Source: Actinomycetota bacterium
GTDB lineage: Bacteria > Actinomycetota > Acidimicrobiia > Acidimicrobiales > JACCXE01
DNA: 50,061 bases
Direction of reading: 5' to 3'
Assembly (NCBI GenBank): GCA_041166225.1
Contig: JBEEFT010000203.1
Coordinates: 1-50,061 of the forward strand
Shown here: one piece after another, positions 9,309 through 18,138 of the stretch
Layout of the letters: the number at the start of each line of letters is the position of its first letter
Numbering within the stretch: the stretch's first letter is position 1
Program-made: the position numbers and the translations under genes
The notes under the pieces: model-generated
What the model was told of the DNA's origin: nothing
Databases searched by the model: none
The model's input: only the letters and a program-made list of their open reading frames with translations

Positions 9309-10571
9309 GGCAGGCTCGCGCAAGTCGATCGCGACCATGAGCACGAGCGCGATCACCGCACCAACCACGAGCACCGTGCTTACCGACGTGTGGTCGGCGA
9401 GCCAGCCGCCCGCGAGCAGGCCGATCGGCACGGTGCCGCCGAAGCCCATGATCCACAGCGACATCACTCGGCCCCGCACGACATGGTCGAGGTGCTCCTG
9501 CAATACCGTCGATAGCGACGTGAGCATCGAGAAATAGAACAGCCCCACCAGGAACACCATCGGGTACGCAGGGCCCGGGCTACGCAGCGCGGCGAGCACC
9601 GCCAGCGACACGGCGAACAGCGGCAACGAGAACCGCACCACCCGCGCCTTCGAATACGGCACCAATACCGTGCCGACTGCGACTGCTCCCAGCGCGGCGC
9701 CCGAGCCGAAGCACGCGAACAAGAAGCCGTAGCTGAAGCTGGTGACGTCGATGCCGAGGTTTGCGCCCGCGATCACCGGCAGCAACCCGATGAAGGGAAG
9801 GCAGAAGAACGAGAACGTCGTAACCATGATCAAGCAGCGCCCGACCAAGCGGTCTTCGCGCGCCACGCGAAAGCCACCGAGGACACGCCGCACCCCGGTC
9901 TCACTGCGATCGGGATAGGGACGCGGGATCGTGACCATGAGCAGCGTGGCGATGGCGAACAGGTAGGTGAAGCCGTTCACCGTGAACACGCCCCACGCGT
10001 GAATCTTGGGCAGGATCAGGCCGCCGATCACCGGGCCGATAACGCGCGACAGGTTCAGCTGCACGCTCTGCAGCGACACCGCGCCGGCGAGGTCTTCCAT
10101 GCCGACGAGTTGGGGCAGCACCGCCGACAGCGTCGGCGCTGACAATGCGTTTCCGATGCCGATGCCCAGCACGCAGAAGAACAGGGCGGTGTGCGACGGG
10201 TGTGATTGTGCGGCGACTGTCGCGAGCACGAACGACAAGACCATCTGCTCGGCTTGGCCGGCCACCAGCAAGAGACGCCGGTCGATCGAGTCGGCCAGCA
10301 AACCGCCCACCAACGACAACGCCAGCAACGGCCCCAGTTGCGCGAAGCCGAGCAGCGCGACGAATCCCGACGACTTCGTCAGCTTGAACGCAAGCGCGCC
10401 GAGCGCGGCGTTTTGCATCCACGTGCCGATGTTCGAGGCAAGCGATCCTGACCACACCAACCGGAAGTCGCGGTGGGCGAGTGCGGCACGCGCACTGCCG
10501 CGCCGGTAGGGGTGATCGCCCTCGAGCGTTGCCTCCTCGGCGTCTTCGAGGTTGGGGACTTCTTCCGACAC
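9300..10571 (-). CDS. MFS transporter (EntS/MFS_3-like efflux type)
   Basis: 423 aa. N-terminus is FRLVWSGSLASNIGTWMQNAALGALAF, with about 12 TM. GTG start. Confidence 0.88.
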   Translation of the reverse strand: MSEEVPNLEDAEEATLEGDHPYRRGSARAALAHRDFRLVWSGSLASNIGTWMQNAALGALAFKLTKSSGFVALLGFAQLGPLLALSLVGGLLADSIDRRLLLVAGQAEQMVLSFVLATVAAQSHPSHTALFFCVLGIGIGNALSAPTLSAVLPQLVGMEDLAGAVSLQSVQLNLSRVIGPVIGGLILPKIHAWGVFTVNGFTYLFAIATLLMVTIPRPYPDRSETGVRRVLGGFRVAREDRLVGRCLIMVTTFSFFCLPFIGLLPVIAGANLGIDVTSFSYGFLFACFGSGAALGAVAVGTVLVPYSKARVVRFSLPLFAVSLAVLAALRSPGPAYPMVFLVGLFYFSMLTSLSTVLQEHLDHVVRGRVMSLWIMGFGGTVPIGLLAGGWLADHTSVSTVLVVGAVIALVLMVAIDLREPASA

Positions 10572-10603
10572 GGGTCACGACGGTAGACGTACTGTCCGAA
10601 CCC

Positions 10604-11359
10604 ATGGACATCGTGAGCGAGACGGACAAGGGCGGCGGACTGATCGAGCGTCGCTTCGACCTCAAGGTCGGCGACGAGGTGGTGCCCGGTGTGGTGTGGA
10701 CGCCGGCCGGAGCGTCGGGGTCGCGGCCCAAGGTGTTGTTCGGCCACGGCGGCACGCAGCACAAGAAGGTTGCGCACATCCCGTCGTTCGCGCGCCGTCT
10801 CGCCGCGCAGGGTTGGGCGTCGGTCGCGATCGACGCGCCCGACCACGGCGACCGCGTCCCGGCCGACGAGCGCGCGCTCGACCCGATGGCGCGCTTCGAG
10901 AAGGTGCGCGAGCGGATGAACGCGCTCACGGGCGAAGAGCGCAAGACGCGAGCGCAGATGGCGGTGGCCGAGTGGCAGGCCACGATCGACGCGGTGCAGG
11001 AACTCGACGAGGTCGGTGACGGGCCCACGGGTTACTGGGGAGTGTCGATGGGCACGATGTTCGGCGTGCCACTGCTCGCAGTGGAAAAGCGCGTCAACTG
11101 CGCGGTGCTGGGCTTGATGGGCGGCGGCCTCGGCGGCGGCCGTCGCTACCTGGAAGCCGCAGCCCAGATCACCATTCCGCTGCAGTTCATGCTGCAACAG
11201 GGCGACGAGTTGGTGTCGGTCGACTCCGGCCTCGAGCTTTACGACGCTTTCGGCTCGCAGGAGAAGATGCTGGCGCTGAACCCCGGCGCCCACGCCGCGG
11301 TGCCGCCGTACATGTTCGATATCAACCAGCAGTTCTTCACCCGGCACCTGGGCGGATAA
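10604..11359 (+). CDS. alpha/beta hydrolase (dienelactone-hydrolase-like)
   Basis: GVSMG nucleophile elbow and an HGG oxyanion region. Start moved to the ATG at 10604 (MDIVSETDKGG...). Confidence 0.8.
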   Translation: MDIVSETDKGGGLIERRFDLKVGDEVVPGVVWTPAGASGSRPKVLFGHGGTQHKKVAHIPSFARRLAAQGWASVAIDAPDHGDRVPADERALDPMARFEKVRERMNALTGEERKTRAQMAVAEWQATIDAVQELDEVGDGPTGYWGVSMGTMFGVPLLAVEKRVNCAVLGLMGGGLGGGRRYLEAAAQITIPLQFMLQQGDELVSVDSGLELYDAFGSQEKMLALNPGAHAAVPPYMFDINQQFFTRHLGG

Positions 11360-12341
11360 CGGCGTCTTCCCACCACGCGAGCTCGTCGGGGTCGCCGACC
11401 GCTTTCTCCCAACCGAACGTCGCCATCATCCCGAGCAGGCACAGTTCCAGCTGCCGGTCGAACCATCCCGTTGTGTCCACGCCGCGCGCCTCGAGGCCGG
11501 CGCGATAGCGCGCGATCGACTCTTCTTTGGAACGCGGGAGGCGGGCCCGGTTCAACGCGAGGTACCAGCACAGGTCCCAGCACCCGGGGGCCGCACCGGC
11601 GTAAGCCCAGTCGAGCACCACCGTGCGACCACTATCGCTGTGGTGGCCGAGGTTGCCCATTTTCCAGTCGCCGGCGATAAACGTGAGCGGCAGCGCGCGC
11701 AACTCGTCGGCGAGCTGCGACGGGTTGGCCCGCACCGGCGCCACTGCGCGCCACAGTGCGGGCGCCCGCTCCGGCAGTAGTGCCCATCCCTGCTCGGCAA
11801 CCTTGATCGGCATCGGCGGTTCCGCGCGTTGCATCTCGCGGGCGACGTTGTCGTCTGAGAAGAACCCGAGGCGCGACTCGATCGACGCGAGGCCGACGTC
11901 GTCTTTCCATCCCCAGTATGCGGCGTGAAACGCCGCCATGTGATCTATGAACGAGTCGTGCACGTCGACCGCAATCGGCGCGTCGCCTTCGGGGATGAGG
12001 CTCGCGCTGACGTCGCGCATGAGCATCGCCAACCGCGGCACGGCTGACGACTCGTCGAGCGCCATTGCGACGATCGCGTGATCGATCTCAGGTGGTGCTC
12101 GGTGGTACAGCGCCGCTGTCCACGCTTTGTACTCCCAGTTGTCGATGTTGCCTGTGCAGCGCATGATCCAGTCGCCGTCGTAGGACAGCACCTTCAAGAA
12201 ATGCGGCTCGCCGTCGATACGCAACGACTCGAAGCTCGCGCCGCTCTTCCCGTCGTCGGGGTGCAACTCCACACGATCGGTTGCGCCCGCAATCAAGGCA
12301 TCCACAGTCGACGCGACACGCGGTGTCAGCGGCGACGCCAC
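11337..12341 (-). CDS. phosphotransferase / aminoglycoside-phosphotransferase-like kinase family protein
   Basis: Catalytic-loop-like IAGDWKMGNL and metal-binding VLDWAYAG motifs. Start placed at the GTG at 12341, 4 nt after the upstream stop. The 5' part of the 438-aa track ORF overlaps the upstream gene out of frame. Confidence 0.75.
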   Translation of the reverse strand: MASPLTPRVASTVDALIAGATDRVELHPDDGKSGASFESLRIDGEPHFLKVLSYDGDWIMRCTGNIDNWEYKAWTAALYHRAPPEIDHAIVAMALDESSAVPRLAMLMRDVSASLIPEGDAPIAVDVHDSFIDHMAAFHAAYWGWKDDVGLASIESRLGFFSDDNVAREMQRAEPPMPIKVAEQGWALLPERAPALWRAVAPVRANPSQLADELRALPLTFIAGDWKMGNLGHHSDSGRTVVLDWAYAGAAPGCWDLCWYLALNRARLPRSKEESIARYRAGLEARGVDTTGWFDRQLELCLLGMMATFGWEKAVGDPDELAWWEDAVIRPGAG

Positions 12342-12345
12342 GGGC

Positions 12346-13191
12346 TTACCTGAACCCGAGTCCGCCGCTGGCCACGACGGCCTTCGACATCGGCCGGCAC
12401 AGCAGGCGAAGCCGGTCACAACCGTCTTCGCCGATCGGGGCGTACGCGACGGCGGCACCGGCATCGGTTTCGTCTTCGACCCACTGCCGTGATGCCCGGC
12501 CCTTGTCGGTGAACGCGCCGTCGGCATCGAGGTGACCCTTCGCGCGCAACGAGTCGACGGCGGCCGCCCAGCCGTCGTCGGACCAGGCGCGGCTGCTCTG
12601 CAGCACGGTGGAAGCGATCTCGCCCGACGCCGCGTGCGTGACCAGCGCTTCACACCCGTCGATCCCGGCCACCGTCATCGCGGCGATGTGGATGTCGCCG
12701 CGGAACTCGCGTAGCAGCGACTGGGCGTGCCACAGCACGAGCAACGGGTCTTCGGGCCACGGCAATGACGCGTGACCACCGAACAGCGGCTTGCCCCACA
12801 GGTGCTGCGTCGCGTGGTCTGCGGCCGCGCGCGCCAGCGTCGCGGCCTCCTCGACGTGGGCGCCTTCGGCCAGGTCACCGAGCGTGCGCCGCAGCATCGC
12901 GCCCGCCGCCTCGAGGCGCGCCGCCAGCAGTTGCGCAGGCGACGCGATGTCCCACACGCCGTCCATAGCGCCGCGCACCAGGCCCGGTTCGAAATTGAAG
13001 AATGTCGCGATCACGACGTCGGCGGGCACGGCGCCCATCGGTGCCGAGCGCGATGCGAAGTAGCCCGAGCGACCGGTGACGCCGAGCGCGGCGTACGCGT
13101 CGGTGGCTTCGGGCGCGAAGTAGATGAGGCCGTGGATGGGTTCGAGCGTGCGCCACGTCTTGCGCGCGGTGAGCGGGCTGACCGTCATCAC
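12346..13191 (-). CDS. conserved hypothetical protein
   Basis: 281 aa with normal amino-acid composition (MMTVSPLTARKTWRTLEPIHGLIYFAPEA...). Tightly packed between the DLH and kinase-like genes. I recognise no motif. Confidence 0.7.
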   Translation of the reverse strand: MMTVSPLTARKTWRTLEPIHGLIYFAPEATDAYAALGVTGRSGYFASRSAPMGAVPADVVIATFFNFEPGLVRGAMDGVWDIASPAQLLAARLEAAGAMLRRTLGDLAEGAHVEEAATLARAAADHATQHLWGKPLFGGHASLPWPEDPLLVLWHAQSLLREFRGDIHIAAMTVAGIDGCEALVTHAASGEIASTVLQSSRAWSDDGWAAAVDSLRAKGHLDADGAFTDKGRASRQWVEDETDAGAAVAYAPIGEDGCDRLRLLCRPMSKAVVASGGLGFR

Positions 13192-13197
13192 GCGGGC

Positions 13198-14016
13198 CTA
13201 GCTCGCTACGTGCTCGTTGAGGAACGACAGCGTGCGGGCCCAAGCGGGGCGCGCCGCATCGGGCCGGTACGACGATCGGGTGTCGTTGAAGAACGCGTGC
13301 GGCGCGTCGGGGTACACCACTGCTTCGTACGACTTGGCCGCCGCGTCGGCAGCGTTCTGAAAATCGGCGATGGTGTTGACGAGACGCGTGTCCTGCTCAC
13401 CGTGGAGGCACAGCACCGCGCAGTGGAGGTTCGCGATCTGTTCTGCGGTCGGCGCCGCACCGTAGAAGCCCACGGCGCCGCGCAGGTTTGGCTCGTCGCA
13501 GGCGAGACGCGCCGCCATGCCGCCGCCCATGCAAAATCCGATCGCGCCCACGCGGCCGTCGCACTCGTCGCGATTGCGCACCCACTCGACGACGCCGCGC
13601 AACTCGCCGATGAACGTCTCCATGTTGGCGAACTGACTGAACAGCGTCGTCATCGTCTCGCTCACTGTGGCGGCCTCGGCATCGGGCAGCTTCGCGAGCG
13701 CGGCGGCGCGTGCGTCGTTGTCTTGCCACGCGCCGGGCGGCATCGTGTCCATGAAGGTCTTGAGCGCTTCGACGCGCTCGGCGCCGATCGCTTCGGGCCG
13801 CTCGCCGCCAATGGAGTAGAGGTCGGGCGACACTGCGACGTAGCCGGCGCTTGCGATGCGGTCGGCCACGTCGCTGATGTGTTCGTCGACGCCCCAAATC
13901 TCTTGCAGCACCAGCACCGCGGGCAGCGGGCCCGTCGCCGCTGACGAACGACTCGTGTACACGTGCATCGGCCCGGTCACCCCGTCGACCGTCTCCCAAC
14001 CATTGGTCAATTTCAT
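13198..14016 (-). CDS. dienelactone hydrolase family protein
   Basis: Motifs LQEIWGVDEHI and the Cys nucleophile elbow GFCMGG, with a C-terminal H in YPDAPHAF. Confidence 0.9.
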   Translation of the reverse strand: MKLTNGWETVDGVTGPMHVYTSRSSAATGPLPAVLVLQEIWGVDEHISDVADRIASAGYVAVSPDLYSIGGERPEAIGAERVEALKTFMDTMPPGAWQDNDARAAALAKLPDAEAATVSETMTTLFSQFANMETFIGELRGVVEWVRNRDECDGRVGAIGFCMGGGMAARLACDEPNLRGAVGFYGAAPTAEQIANLHCAVLCLHGEQDTRLVNTIADFQNAADAAAKSYEAVVYPDAPHAFFNDTRSSYRPDAARPAWARTLSFLNEHVAS

Positions 14017-14084
14017 GGCCGCAACGTACGGGAAACATCCGAACCCGGTGTCTTGCTAGTTACTGACAGCGTTTTGCTAGCAAA

Positions 14085-14110
14085 GGTTTGCGGGGGTGCG
14101 CGCGGGGGTA
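14085..14110 (+). promoter_or_regulatory. SigF/SigB-type (general stress) promoter candidate: GGTTT-N16-GGGTA
   Basis: GGTTT at 14085-14089 and GGGTA at 14106-14110, with a 16-nt spacer. It lies 36 nt upstream of the csbD ATG, and AAGGAG sits at 14133-14138. Confidence 0.5.
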
Positions 14111-14145
14111 CGTCTTGGGTGTCCCCAGACCCAAGGAGTGAGCGA

Positions 14146-14391
14146 ATGCAGGTCGGAACGGTTGATCTGAACAAGTTGCGCGGCATCGGCGACAAGGTGG
14201 TGGGCCTCGGCAAGGAGTCCATCGGCGTCCTCGTCGGCAACGAAGGCTGGCAGAAGGAAGGCGAGGCCCAGCAGGAGCGTGCCTCGGCCGAGATGAAGGC
14301 ACTGCGCGAAGAGCTGCGGGCCCAAAAGGAAGACGCCAAGGCCGATGCGGCCACGAAGCGTGAAGCCATGGCCCAGCGGGCCAAGGGTTAG
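14146..14391 (+). CDS. CsbD family stress-response protein
   Basis: GIGDKVVGLGKESIGVLVGNEGWQKEGEAQQ is a CsbD-like core. ATG at 14146 has AAGGAG 7 nt upstream. The longer track ORF start at 13963 is rejected. Confidence 0.8.
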   Translation: MQVGTVDLNKLRGIGDKVVGLGKESIGVLVGNEGWQKEGEAQQERASAEMKALREELRAQKEDAKADAATKREAMAQRAKG

Positions 14392-14400
14392 GAGACCGAC

Positions 14401-14610
14401 ATGGGAATCGGTGAGTCGATCAAGGGCAAGGTCAAGGAAGCCGCAGGCGACCTGACCGACAACGCAGACCTGAAGGAAGAAGGCGTCGCGCAGCAGGAGA
14501 AGGGCGAGGCCGAAACCGAAGCCACCAAGGCGCGTGCCGAGGCCAAGGCCCACGAGGCCGAAGCCAAGGAAAAGGAAATCGAGCAGCGCAGCGCCGAGGC
14601 GTCGAAGTAG
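14401..14610 (+). CDS. CsbD family stress-response protein
   Basis: 69 aa. MGIGESIKGKVKEAAGDLTDNADLKEEGVAQQEKGEAE is the canonical CsbD motif. Confidence 0.88.
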   Translation: MGIGESIKGKVKEAAGDLTDNADLKEEGVAQQEKGEAETEATKARAEAKAHEAEAKEKEIEQRSAEASK

Positions 14611-14619
14611 GTCGAAGTA

Positions 14620-15240
14620 TTAGCTGTCGATCTTCGACAGCCACTCAGGAAGTGACGGGGACTCGGCGCCAATTGTGGTCGAGTCCCCGTGTCCTGTGTT
14701 GACGACAGTTTCCGTCGGCAACGTCAACAGACGGTCGCGGATGCTGGCCACGATGGTGGGGTAGTCGCTGAACGACCGGCCCGTCGCCCCCGGACCACCG
14801 TTGAACAACGTGTCGCCGGTGAACACCACGCCCGCCTCGGCGTCGTAGAAGCAGCACCCGCCCGGCGAATGTCCCGGGGTGTGCAGCACCCGCAGCGTCA
14901 CACCGCCGGCGTGAATTTCGTCGCCGTCCTGCAATGCGTCGTCGGGCACGCGCTCGTACACCTGATGCCAGAGTTGGAGGTCGGCCGGGTGCATGAAGAC
15001 GGGAGCGCCGACTGCTTTCGCCAACGCGTCGGCCGCGTTGATGTGGTCGTTGTGGCCGTGCGTGGCGATGATCGCCTTCACGCGGCGACCTCGTACCGCG
15101 TCGACGATGGGCTGATGGTCGTGCGCGGCGTCGAGGATCATCACCTCGTCCTCGTTGCCGACGATCCAGATGTTGTTGTCGACCTCCCACTCGCCGCCGT
15201 CGAGGGCGAAGATGCCCGACGTGATCACGCGCTCGATCAC
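14620..15240 (-). CDS. MBL fold metallo-hydrolase (glyoxalase II-like)
   Basis: THGHNDH metal motif and HTPGHSPG. The GTG at 15240 overlaps the upstream TGA (GTGA). The N-terminal 116 aa of the track ORF are Arg-rich and out of frame over the ADH gene. Confidence 0.88.
   Translation of the reverse strand: MIERVITSGIFALDGGEWEVDNNIWIVGNEDEVMILDAAHDHQPIVDAVRGRRVKAIIATHGHNDHINAADALAKAVGAPVFMHPADLQLWHQVYERVPDDALQDGDEIHAGGVTLRVLHTPGHSPGGCCFYDAEAGVVFTGDTLFNGGPGATGRSFSDYPTIVASIRDRLLTLPTETVVNTGHGDSTTIGAESPSLPEWLSKIDS
14623..14641. terminator. perfect 8-bp stem / 3-nt loop hairpin (GCTGTCGA-tct-TCGACAGC) 13 nt after the csbD stop
   Basis: Read directly from the sequence. It lies inside the 3' end of the convergent MBL gene. 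There is no U-tract, so terminator function is inferred. Confidence 0.3.
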
Positions 15241-16343
15241 GGCTTCAGCCCACCCTGCGTGAACGACACCACCGAGCGCAGCACTTCGCCGCGGTGCATT
15301 TTCTCGAACGCCGCTTCTACGCCCTCGAGCGGTATGACCTCGCTTACGAAGGCGTCGAGGTCGAGCCTGCCCTGGAGGTACAGGTCGATCAGCAGCGGGA
15401 AGTCGCGCTCGGGCAGGCAGTCGCCGTACCAGCTCGGACGCAGCTGACCGCCCCGACCGAAGAAGTCGATCATCGGGATGTCGATGCGCATGTCCGGGGT
15501 GGGCACGCCGACCTGCACCACGGTGCCGGCCAGATCGCGGGCGTAAAACGCCTGCTCGAACACCTTCGGATTGCCGACGGCTTCGATGCACACGTCAGCG
15601 CCGTTGCCGTTGGTCAACGCTTGGATCGCCGCGACGGGATCCTGCGCGCTTGCGTCGACGGTGTGCGTCGCGCCGAGGGTTATAGCAAGGTCGAGTTTTC
15701 GCGCGTCGAGGTCGACACCGATGATCGTGGTCGCGCCGGCAAGGCGTGCGCCGGCGATCGCCGCGATGCCCACGCCGCCGCAACCGAACACCGCGACGCT
15801 GTCGCCGTAGGCAACCTCGCCGGTCAACATCGCAGCGCCGAGTCCCGCCATCACCCCGCACCCGAGCAGGCCGGCCGCTTCCGGGCGAGCCGCCGGATTC
15901 ACCTTCGTGCACTGCCCCGCGGCTACGAGCGTCTTGTCGGCAAACGCACCGATGCCGAGCGCGGGCGACAACTCGGTGCCGTCTATCAACGTCATCTTCT
16001 GCGTCGCGTTGAATGTGTTGAAGCAGTGGTGCGCCTTGCCCTTCTTGCACGAGCGGCACTCACCGCAAACCGCGCGCCAGTTCAGAATTACGTAGTCGCC
16101 GGGCACGAGACTCGTGACGTCGGGGCCAACCGCTTCGACCGTGCCGGCCGCTTCGTGGCCGAGCAAGAACGGGAAGTCGTCGTTGATGCCGCCCTCGCGG
16201 TAGTGCAGGTCGGTGTGGCACACGCCGCACGCCAACACGTTCACCACGGCCTCACCGGGCCCGGGGTCGGGCACCACGATCGTCTCGATGGTGACGGGTT
16301 CTCCCTTGACTCTGGCGACCACGCCACGCACTTCGTAACTCAT
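15237..16343 (-). CDS. S-(hydroxymethyl)mycothiol dehydrogenase (class III Zn alcohol dehydrogenase)
   Basis: Motifs [15 protein letters not shown] and the CGECRSC structural-Zn motif. Start set at the ATG at 16343 ([16 protein letters not shown]...). Confidence 0.9.
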   Translation of the reverse strand: MSYEVRGVVARVKGEPVTIETIVVPDPGPGEAVVNVLACGVCHTDLHYREGGINDDFPFLLGHEAAGTVEAVGPDVTSLVPGDYVILNWRAVCGECRSCKKGKAHHCFNTFNATQKMTLIDGTELSPALGIGAFADKTLVAAGQCTKVNPAARPEAAGLLGCGVMAGLGAAMLTGEVAYGDSVAVFGCGGVGIAAIAGARLAGATTIIGVDLDARKLDLAITLGATHTVDASAQDPVAAIQALTNGNGADVCIEAVGNPKVFEQAFYARDLAGTVVQVGVPTPDMRIDIPMIDFFGRGGQLRPSWYGDCLPERDFPLLIDLYLQGRLDLDAFVSEVIPLEGVEAAFEKMHRGEVLRSVVSFTQGGLKP

Positions 16344-16446
16344 GGGCCCAGCCTCGCAGACCCACAGAAGCGACTTTGGGCGCACCGTTGACCCCGTCCG
16401 TCGGCAACACGCCCAAAGTCGGAGAGGACAGAGGCGCGCTACTGGC

Positions 16447-16465
16447 ATTGGGAATCATTCTCAAT
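16447..16465. promoter_or_regulatory. Zur/Fur-family-like 9-1-9 palindrome ATTGGGAAT-C-ATTCTCAAT
   Basis: Read directly: 8 of 9 arm positions are complementary. The core TGGGAATCATTCTCA resembles the actinobacterial Zur box TGAAAATGATTTTCA (recalled from memory). It ends 8 nt before the transporter start. Confidence 0.5.
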
Positions 16466-16472
16466 CTAGGAT

Positions 16473-17390
16473 GTGGAGATGAAGGGAGTCGTGGCGATGG
16501 TTTGTCTGCTCGCCAGTCTCGGGCTGGGTGCGTGTAAAGCCGACTCGCACGCAGGGCGGGCCTTCTCGGTGGTCACCACTACGACCCAGCTGACCGAGTG
16601 GGCGAAGGTGATCGGAGGCGAGAGGGTCACCGTGCACGGGTTGCTGAAGCCCAACGTCGACCCCCACGACTACGAGCCGACCGCAGCTGACGTCAAGAAC
16701 ATCGCCGACGCGGACGTCATCGTGAAGAACGGCCTCGGGCTCGAGTCGTGGTTGAACGCCACGCTGAAGAACGCCGGCTCGAAAGCCGTGGTTGTCGACG
16801 CCAGCGAGAACGTGGTGGCGCAAAAGGCCGACGGCACACCCGCAGAAGGCGGGGCCGGGGCCGACCCCCACATCTGGCAGAACCCGCTGTGGGCGAAGGT
16901 GATGTTTCACAACATGGCGTTGACACTCGAGCGTCAGGACAAGCAGAACGCGAACATCTACGCAAACAACGCTGCGGCCTACGAAGCCAAGCTCGTTGCT
17001 CTCGACGCAGACGTCACGAAACAGCTCACCGCGCTTACCAACCGCAACATCGTCACCGACCATGCCGCGTTCGGTTACTACTGCTCGCACTACCGGTTGA
17101 CGGTCGTGGGCACCGTGATACCTGGCTTCGACACGCAAGCCGCGCTGTCGGCCAAAGACGTCACGGCGTTAGTGGCCAAGATCAAGAAGCTGGGTGTCAA
17201 AGCGATCTTCACCGAGAAGGGATCGCCATCGAAGACGGCCGAGACCATCGGCGCCGAAGCAGGGGTGAAGGTCGTCTCGGGCGGCGACGCGTTGTACGCC
17301 GATTCGCTCGGCGGCAAGGGTTCCGACGGCGCGACATACATCGGCGCGATCCGTCACAACACGAAGGTGTTCGTTGACAACCTCGCGTGA
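16473..17390 (+). CDS. metal ABC transporter substrate-binding lipoprotein (TroA/ZnuA/MntC cluster 9)
   Basis: Signal peptide with lipobox LGLGAC, plus DPHDYEP and DPHIWQNP motifs. The start could be the GTG at 16473 or the ATG at 16479 or 16497. Confidence 0.9.
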   Translation: MEMKGVVAMVCLLASLGLGACKADSHAGRAFSVVTTTTQLTEWAKVIGGERVTVHGLLKPNVDPHDYEPTAADVKNIADADVIVKNGLGLESWLNATLKNAGSKAVVVDASENVVAQKADGTPAEGGAGADPHIWQNPLWAKVMFHNMALTLERQDKQNANIYANNAAAYEAKLVALDADVTKQLTALTNRNIVTDHAAFGYYCSHYRLTVVGTVIPGFDTQAALSAKDVTALVAKIKKLGVKAIFTEKGSPSKTAETIGAEAGVKVVSGGDALYADSLGGKGSDGATYIGAIRHNTKVFVDNLA

Positions 17391-18138
17391 CCCGGCGCTG
17401 GTGCTCGACGACGCGTCGGCGTCGTTCGGCGCCACCACCGCGTTGGCCGGCATAACCGGCACCGTGCCCCGCGGCGGGTCCGTTGCGCTGATCGGGCCCA
17501 ACGGCGCCGGTAAGACCACGCTGATTCGGGCGATCATCGGCGCAGTGCCGCTGGCCCGCGGGCGAATCGATGTGTTGGGAACCACGCCGAAACGGGCGCG
17601 GGGACGGGTGGCCTACGTCCCCCAGGCCGACACGCTCGACGCGCAGTTCCCGATCGACGCGCTCGGCGTGGTGTTGATGGGTCGGTACCGGCGCATCGGC
17701 TGTCTTCGCCGCCCGGGGACCGGCGATCGCGCCGCGGCGCGCGACGCGCTCGATCGGGTTGGTCTCGCGGATCGCGCCGGCGTGCGTTTCGGCGGGCTGT
17801 CGGGCGGCCAACGCCAGCGCGTGCTGCTGGCCCGTGCCATCGCGCAAGAAGCCGAACTGTTGTTGTTGGACGAACCTTTCAACGGCGTCGACAGCCGCAC
17901 CACCGACTTGGTCGTCGACGTGCTCGCCCAACTCCGCGCCACCGGCGTCGCGGTAGTGATGTCGACCCACGATCTCGCCGTCGCGCACCTCACCTGTGAC
18001 GACGCGTGCCTGCTGAACACGCACCAAGTGGCGTTCGGTCCGATCCGCGACACGTTGACGCCTGCGCGTCTGCAAAGCGCGTACGGCCACGGCGCGGTGG
18101 TGCTCGCCGACGGCGCGACCTTCGTTTCGACTCGGTGA
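17374..18138 (+). CDS. metal ABC transporter ATP-binding protein
   Basis: Walker A GPNGAGKTT, signature LSGGQRQR and Walker B LLLLDEP. The start is the TTG at 17374 or the GTG at 17401. Confidence 0.92.
   Translation: MTTSRDPALVLDDASASFGATTALAGITGTVPRGGSVALIGPNGAGKTTLIRAIIGAVPLARGRIDVLGTTPKRARGRVAYVPQADTLDAQFPIDALGVVLMGRYRRIGCLRRPGTGDRAAARDALDRVGLADRAGVRFGGLSGGQRQRVLLARAIAQEAELLLLDEPFNGVDSRTTDLVVDVLAQLRATGVAVVMSTHDLAVAHLTCDDACLLNTHQVAFGPIRDTLTPARLQSAYGHGAVVLADGATFVSTR

Noticed and set aside
12342-12653. N-terminal extension of the 438-aa kinase-like ORF
   Set aside because: It is Arg/Pro-rich and overlaps the 3' end of the upstream 281-aa gene in another frame. A GTG sits 4 nt after that gene's stop.
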